Below, piece after piece: positions 58,696 through 64,000 of a stretch of 64,000 nt of DNA. The stretch comes from Candidatus Sysuiplasma jiujiangense (lineage in GTDB: Archaea; Thermoplasmatota; Thermoplasmata; Sysuiplasmatales; Sysuiplasmataceae). Each line of letters starts with the position of its first letter. Position 1 is the first letter of the stretch. The notes under the pieces are model-generated. The model made no database searches. It was given only the letters and a program-made list of their open reading frames with translations, and had not been told where the DNA came from. Location: the NCBI GenBank assembly GCA_019721075.1, contig JAHEAD010000002.1, positions 26,949 to 90,948 of the forward strand. Reading direction: 5' to 3'. The translations under genes were made by a program, and so were the position numbers.

Positions 58696-60630
58696 ATGCC
58701 AAAGCAGGAAAACTCCATTGTCATTACAGACATTGAGCCGCGCGTCGACTGCGGAAGCTATCCGTCAAAAAGCAGGGTTGGTCTGCCTGTGAAAGTGAAA
58801 GCAAAAATATTCAGGCATGGGACGGAGATTCTTTCGGCCGAAGTCATATACCGGGACAGCAGCAGAAACTGGAGTTCCGTTCCCATGCAGGGTTCCGGAG
58901 AGGATCTCTGGGAAGCGGCTTTTACGCCTGCCAGGAATGACGTGTATCGCTTCACTGTCCAGGCGTGGGTGGACAGATACGCCACATGGGCCAGGGATTT
59001 GTCCAAATGGCTGTCCTCCGGAGAGGATGTATCCGCTGATCTGAAGGACGGGATAAAGCTGCTCGGCGACATATCGTCGAGGGCAAAGGGAGACAGGGAC
59101 AAATTCAGGACCATCATTGCGGATCTGAGCACCCTGCCGGCAGAGGATGCGGTACGCCTTGCGACGGATGAATCGACCCTTGCGCTTGTGCGCAGATACC
59201 AGCTGAGGAGCGAAGCCGCAAGGTTTGAGCCTGAAATTGAAATAATCGTTGACAGGGAAAGGGCTGTTTTCTCATCATGGTATGAACTCTTTCCAAGATC
59301 CCAGTCGGGCATACCGGGCAGGCACGGCACATTCGTCGACTGCGAAAAATCGCTTGATTATGTGAAGTCCATGGGCTTCGATGTCGTATATATAACGCCG
59401 ATTCATCCCATCGGAAGGACCAGCAGGAGAGGGAAAAACGGCTCGACGGCTGCGGAAGTTTCTGATCCAGGCAGCCCATGGGCGATCGGGAGCCCCGAGG
59501 GGGGGCACAAGTCAATTAATCCGCTCCTGGGCACAATGGCCGATTTCAGGCACCTCATAAAGACCGCTGAATCGAAGGGGATGGAGATAGCGATGGATAT
59601 TGCGTTTCAGTGCTCTCCGGACCATCCCTATGTCACAGAGCATCCGGAATGGTTCTACAGAAGGCCGGACGGGACCATCCGGTACGCTGAAAACCCGCCC
59701 AAGAAATATTACGACATATACCCCCTGAATTTCGACACCCGCGACAGGGAGGGGCTATGGCAGGAGCTTAAGAGCATTTTCACCTTCTGGATTGAAGCCG
59801 GAATAAGGATATTCAGAGTGGACAATCCCCACACGAAGCCTTTTCCCTTCTGGAGGTGGGTCATCGGCGAAATCAGGAAGAACAGGCCGGACGTGATTTT
59901 CCTGGCCGAGGCTTTCACGCGTCCTGATGTGATGTACGAACTTTCGAAGATAGGCTTCACCATGTCGTATACATACTTCACATGGAAGAACTTCAACTGG
60001 GAGATAGAGGATTATTTCAGCGAGCTGTCAAACAGCGATAAATCCAGGTTCTTCAGACCTATGCTGTTCACAAATACCCCTGACATACTGCCTTTTGTCC
60101 TTCAGAACGGTGGAAAGCCTGCTTTCATGTCCAGGGCGCTGCTTGCATCAACGCTTTCACCGCTGTGGGGGATATACAGCGGATTCGAGCTGTGCGAAAA
60201 CAGTGCGCTGGAGGGAAGGGAGGAATACATGGATTCCGAAAAATATGAGCTGAAGAACAGGAATGCCGACGCACCGGGAAACATAAGAGAGTTCATTTCT
60301 ACGCTGAACAGGATAAGAAGGGAGAACCCTGCCCTTCAGGAACTCGGCAATATTGAATTTCACAGGATGGAGAATCCGAATCTTGTCTGCTATTCAAGGA
60401 TATCTGAGGACAGGAAAAATATACTGCTGGTTATAGTGAACGTCAACCCGTTTGAAAGACAGGCGGCATTTGTGAACATACCATGGGAAAAACTCGGTAT
60501 TAAGGGAACAGGAAAATTCTATGTCACTGATGCGATTACAGGCGAAAGGTACGAATGGAACGAGGGCGCGAACTACGTTGAACTTGTCCCGGGCATCAGG
60601 CCGGGACACATCCTGAAGGTGGGGATTTGA
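58696..60630 (+). CDS. glgE: Alpha-1,4-glucan:maltose-1-phosphate maltosyltransferase
   Basis: WYELFPRS, PGSPWAIG, QCSPDHP, YAENPPKKY.DIYP, FRVDNPHTKP, FLAEAF, TNTPDIL. Confidence 0.95.
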   Translation: MPKQENSIVITDIEPRVDCGSYPSKSRVGLPVKVKAKIFRHGTEILSAEVIYRDSSRNWSSVPMQGSGEDLWEAAFTPARNDVYRFTVQAWVDRYATWARDLSKWLSSGEDVSADLKDGIKLLGDISSRAKGDRDKFRTIIADLSTLPAEDAVRLATDESTLALVRRYQLRSEAARFEPEIEIIVDRERAVFSSWYELFPRSQSGIPGRHGTFVDCEKSLDYVKSMGFDVVYITPIHPIGRTSRRGKNGSTAAEVSDPGSPWAIGSPEGGHKSINPLLGTMADFRHLIKTAESKGMEIAMDIAFQCSPDHPYVTEHPEWFYRRPDGTIRYAENPPKKYYDIYPLNFDTRDREGLWQELKSIFTFWIEAGIRIFRVDNPHTKPFPFWRWVIGEIRKNRPDVIFLAEAFTRPDVMYELSKIGFTMSYTYFTWKNFNWEIEDYFSELSNSDKSRFFRPMLFTNTPDILPFVLQNGGKPAFMSRALLASTLSPLWGIYSGFELCENSALEGREEYMDSEKYELKNRNADAPGNIREFISTLNRIRRENPALQELGNIEFHRMENPNLVCYSRISEDRKNILLVIVNVNPFERQAAFVNIPWEKLGIKGTGKFYVTDAITGERYEWNEGANYVELVPGIRPGHILKVGI

Positions 60631-62291
60631 TGGTTATCGACAGCAATCCGCTCTGGTACAGGGATGCCGTTTTCTACGAGCTGCACATCAAGTCTTTTTT
60701 CGATTCCAACAACGACGGCATAGGGGACATCAACGGGCTAAGGCTTAAGCTTGATTACCTTGCCGAACTAGGAGTCAGCTGCATCTGGCTCCTCCCGTTC
60801 TACAAATCGCCTATGAAGGACGACGGCTACGACATCTCCGACTACTATTCGATACAGCCGGAGTACGGAACGCTTCAGGATTTTGACAGGCTTGTAGGCG
60901 ATGCGCACTCAAAGGGCATCAGGATAATAGCTGACCTTGTTCTTAACCACTGTTCGGACCAGAATCCGTGGTTCAGGGAGGCGATTTCGGACATTCACGG
61001 CCCGAAGAGGAACTGGTTTGTATGGAGCGACACCGACACCAGATACAAAGGCGTGAGGATAATATTCGTCGATACCGAAACATCAAACTGGGCATGGGAA
61101 CCCAGGACAAAACAGTATTACTGGCACAGATTTTACAGCCATCAGCCGGACCTCAACTACGACAACCCCGAGGTCAGGGAGGAAATCAAGAAGGTTATGC
61201 GCTTCTGGCTCGACAGGGGACTTGACGGCTTCAGGTGCGACGCAGTACCCTATCTCTTCGAACGTGAAGGGACAAACTGCGAAAATCTGCCCGAGACGCA
61301 TGCATACCTGAAGGAGATACGCAGGATGATTGACACAGATTATCCCGGCAGGATACTGCTTGCAGAGGCAAACCAGTGGCCCACCGAGGCAAAGCAGTAT
61401 TTTGGCGACATGGATGAATGCCACATGGCATTCAACTTCCCTCTTATGCCCAGGATATTCATTGCGCTGGCAAAGGAGGATTATTTCCCCATTGTAAACA
61501 TAGTGAAGCAGACGCTTCCCATTCCTGAAAAGTGCGACTGGGGCATATTCCTGAGAAACCATGACGAACTTACGCTCGAAATGGTCACTGACGAAGAAAG
61601 GGACGTTATGTATTCAGAATATGCACGGCATCCGAAGATGCGTCTAAACCTCGGCATAAGGAGGAGGCTTGCGCCGCTTGTCGACAACGACAGGGCAACG
61701 CTTGAGCTGCTGCATGCGCTGATCTTTTCACTGCCCGGCTCACCGATACTGTACTACGGTGACGAAATAGGAATGGGCGACAACATCTTCCTGGGAGACA
61801 GGAACGGCGTCCGGACACCGATGCAATGGTCATACGACAGGAATGCCGGTTTTTCAAGGGCCGATACGGAACAGCTCTTTTCCCCTCCGATAACAAACCC
61901 CAACTACCATTACGAGAGCGTGAACGTGGAGTCTGAGAGCAGGCTGAATACCTCCCTCCTGCACTGGGTCAGGAAGATCATACGCGTGAGGCAGAAGTAC
62001 TCGAAGGCGTTCGGCAGGGGAGAGATTCAGTTTCTTGAGAATGGCAACCGCCATGTCCTCGCCTATCTGAGAAAGTACGAAGAGGAAAAGATACTCTGCA
62101 TATTCAACATTTCAAGGAAGCCGACATTCCTGGAGCTTTCACTGAAGGAATACAGCGGCTACACCCCTGTCGAAATCATAACAGATGTGCCGTTCCCTGC
62201 AATCGGCGAATTGCCTTATTTCTTTACACTCCATCCCAGATCCTTCTTCTGGCTCAGCCTCAAAAAAGAAGACAGGGATGGTCAGCAGTGA
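60630..62291 (+). CDS. treS: Trehalose synthase (maltose alpha-D-glucosyltransferase)
   Basis: WYRDAVFYE, DDGYDI, GFRCDAVPYL, LAEANQWP, FLRNHDELTLEMV, DRNGVRTPMQW. Confidence 0.95.
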   Translation: MVIDSNPLWYRDAVFYELHIKSFFDSNNDGIGDINGLRLKLDYLAELGVSCIWLLPFYKSPMKDDGYDISDYYSIQPEYGTLQDFDRLVGDAHSKGIRIIADLVLNHCSDQNPWFREAISDIHGPKRNWFVWSDTDTRYKGVRIIFVDTETSNWAWEPRTKQYYWHRFYSHQPDLNYDNPEVREEIKKVMRFWLDRGLDGFRCDAVPYLFEREGTNCENLPETHAYLKEIRRMIDTDYPGRILLAEANQWPTEAKQYFGDMDECHMAFNFPLMPRIFIALAKEDYFPIVNIVKQTLPIPEKCDWGIFLRNHDELTLEMVTDEERDVMYSEYARHPKMRLNLGIRRRLAPLVDNDRATLELLHALIFSLPGSPILYYGDEIGMGDNIFLGDRNGVRTPMQWSYDRNAGFSRADTEQLFSPPITNPNYHYESVNVESESRLNTSLLHWVRKIIRVRQKYSKAFGRGEIQFLENGNRHVLAYLRKYEEEKILCIFNISRKPTFLELSLKEYSGYTPVEIITDVPFPAIGELPYFFTLHPRSFFWLSLKKEDRDGQQ

Positions 62292-63784
62292 CCCTGCGCT
62301 GCACGGATATCCTGGACAGGGAACAGCTCCAGCAGCTGCAGAAAGCAATTACAAGGGAAAGATGGTTTGGAAGCAAGACCAGGCAGCTGGAAAATGTTGA
62401 TTTCTACGATTGCGCCTTTGGAATGCCCGGCGACAACCTCTTCATTCCCGCAATACTGAGATTCACGTTCAGCGACGGCGGCACTGAACTGTACCACGTG
62501 CCCATCGCCATAAGCGAAAACAGTGAAAATGAAAATAACTCCTGGCTGACTTTCTCGAAGGAAGGCAAAAAATACAGCGTGGGGGACGCACTGGGCCATG
62601 CCGGTTACATAAGAAGTTGGCTCGAAGCGGCAAAACACAGCGGCAGGATCGGTTTCATTTCCGGAAGAGTTGAATTCGAGACAACTCCCGAATTTGAACA
62701 GCTTAATATCGATCTTAACGACGAAATAAATCCGATGGGGAGAGAGCAGAGCAATTCCTCATTCCTCATCGGAAGGAGGGCTGTCTACAAGAGCTTCAGG
62801 AAGCTGAACAGTGGCGTCAACCCTGATTTCGAGGTGCCGCGGTTTGTTGCGGAGAGGTCGAAGAGGAAAATCGTTCCCGCACCGCTGGTTTACTGCCGAT
62901 ACGTCGGCGGCGGTGAGTACTCGCTGGGCTGCCTTTCGGAGTTTGTTGAAAACGAGGGCGACTGCTGGTCATACCTCACCTCCAGAATCGCTTCGCTTGT
63001 TGGCGAAGGGGCCAGCACGCCTGATTCGGAGATGGCAGGCGCCGTTGAAGAACTCGCCGCAGTAACATCCGACCTCCATAACACCCTCTCAGCCGGTACG
63101 GGAAAGGCCGATTTTGAGCCCGAGCCGATAACGGAGCAGGATATCGGCCTCTGGATGAGCGAGTTTGAGTCCGTCAGGGCGGATGCGCTTGCAACACTCA
63201 GGGCTGCGATGCCGCTTCCTGACGGGGAGACCAGCATTCTTGCGGGGAAGGTAGCCGCCTTATACGCAGAGGGGAGTCGTCGGGCCGGTGACATGAGAGA
63301 TGCGATTGCCTCCCTGTTGAAGGGACGGAAATACAAGATAAGGATACATGGGGATTATCACCTCGGACAGGTCCTGAAATCAGGAAAGAGCTTCATTGTG
63401 ATAGATTTTGAAGGCGAGCCGATGAGGAGTCTCGAGGAAAGGAGGAAAAGACACTGCGCCCTCAGGGACGTAAGCGGAATGCTGAGGTCCATAGATTACG
63501 CCTTCTCGTATGCAGCGATGGCAGAAGGAAAGGATGCGTCGGCAGTGGCTGAGATGTCGCTCCTCTGCCAGAAGATTTTCATCGATGCCTACTGGAAGAA
63601 TTATTCTCCCGTATGCGAATATCTGCCGGACACCGGGAGTGAGGCTGCCCGGGCAATCGGCTTCTTCATGCTGGAGAAAGCATACTATGAGCTCAGCTAC
63701 GAACTTAACAACAGGCCCGGTTGGGCCGGCATACCGCTGAACGCAATATTATCGAATGCCGAAGCCGGAACAGGGAACTGTTAA
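62288..63784 (+). CDS. mak: Maltokinase (Mak/Pep2)
   Basis: RWFGSK, EQSNSS, RIHGDYHLGQVL, IDFEGEP, RDVSGMLRS, EKAYYELSYELNNRPGW. Confidence 0.9.
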   Translation: MTLRCTDILDREQLQQLQKAITRERWFGSKTRQLENVDFYDCAFGMPGDNLFIPAILRFTFSDGGTELYHVPIAISENSENENNSWLTFSKEGKKYSVGDALGHAGYIRSWLEAAKHSGRIGFISGRVEFETTPEFEQLNIDLNDEINPMGREQSNSSFLIGRRAVYKSFRKLNSGVNPDFEVPRFVAERSKRKIVPAPLVYCRYVGGGEYSLGCLSEFVENEGDCWSYLTSRIASLVGEGASTPDSEMAGAVEELAAVTSDLHNTLSAGTGKADFEPEPITEQDIGLWMSEFESVRADALATLRAAMPLPDGETSILAGKVAALYAEGSRRAGDMRDAIASLLKGRKYKIRIHGDYHLGQVLKSGKSFIVIDFEGEPMRSLEERRKRHCALRDVSGMLRSIDYAFSYAAMAEGKDASAVAEMSLLCQKIFIDAYWKNYSPVCEYLPDTGSEAARAIGFFMLEKAYYELSYELNNRPGWAGIPLNAILSNAEAGTGNC

Positions 63785-63818
63785 ATACAGATTCTGATCG
63801 AATAGGTGGAGAATCAGC

Positions 63819-64000
63819 ATGGTCAGGGCTGGGAAAGGGAGGCCATATCCTCAGGGCGTGACGCTTGACGAACATGGCGCCAACTTTGCCGTTTATTCGG
63901 AACATGCAACGGGAGTTACGCTCGAACTGTTCGACAGGCACGATGCATCCTCTCCGAAGGAATCCATAGAGCTGAAGGCTGTTGACGGTTACGTCTGGCA
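63819..64000 (+). CDS. glgX: Glycogen debranching enzyme (5' part; runs off the right edge)
   Basis: Hand translation from ATG 63819 after GGTGGAG: MVRAGKGRPYPQGVTLDEHGANFAVYSEHATGVTLELFD...GYVW, matching the GlgX/TreX CBM48 N-terminus. Confidence 0.85.
   Translation, partial: MVRAGKGRPYPQGVTLDEHGANFAVYSEHATGVTLELFDRHDASSPKESIELKAVDGYVW

Overview
Archaeal chromosomal window, most likely Thermoplasmata. This is inferred from the archaeal information genes (rpl7ae-rps28e-rpl24e-ndk-aIF5B, TFS, PCNA, Alba, RadA, ArcS, Taw2, Trm11), the ether-lipid enzymes GGGPS, DGGGPS and GGR, DUF835, and a stand-alone 5S rRNA gene. It is mostly housekeeping and metabolic: lysA (partial), two MoxR-type AAA+ modules, isocitrate dehydrogenase, a peptide ABC transporter, split transketolase plus transaldolase, PPDK, pyrBI, pdxT and a bacterial-type glgB-glgE-treS-mak-glgX operon running off the right end. 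No tRNA, CRISPR array or transposase was recognised. The strongest unusual signals are four. (1) The 5S rRNA carries a structured insertion of about 98 nt in helix V, with GCAA and UUCG tetraloops. (2) An A9 tract and a strong downstream hairpin sit at an AAA+/VWA gene junction, consistent with programmed -1 recoding that makes an AAA-VWA fusion. (3) The rpl7ae leader has K-turn-like motifs overlapping the SD. (4) An uncharacterised diiron ferritin-like protein lies between an enoyl-CoA hydratase pair and geranylgeranyl reductase. All family assignments come from motif recognition by eye; no searches were run.
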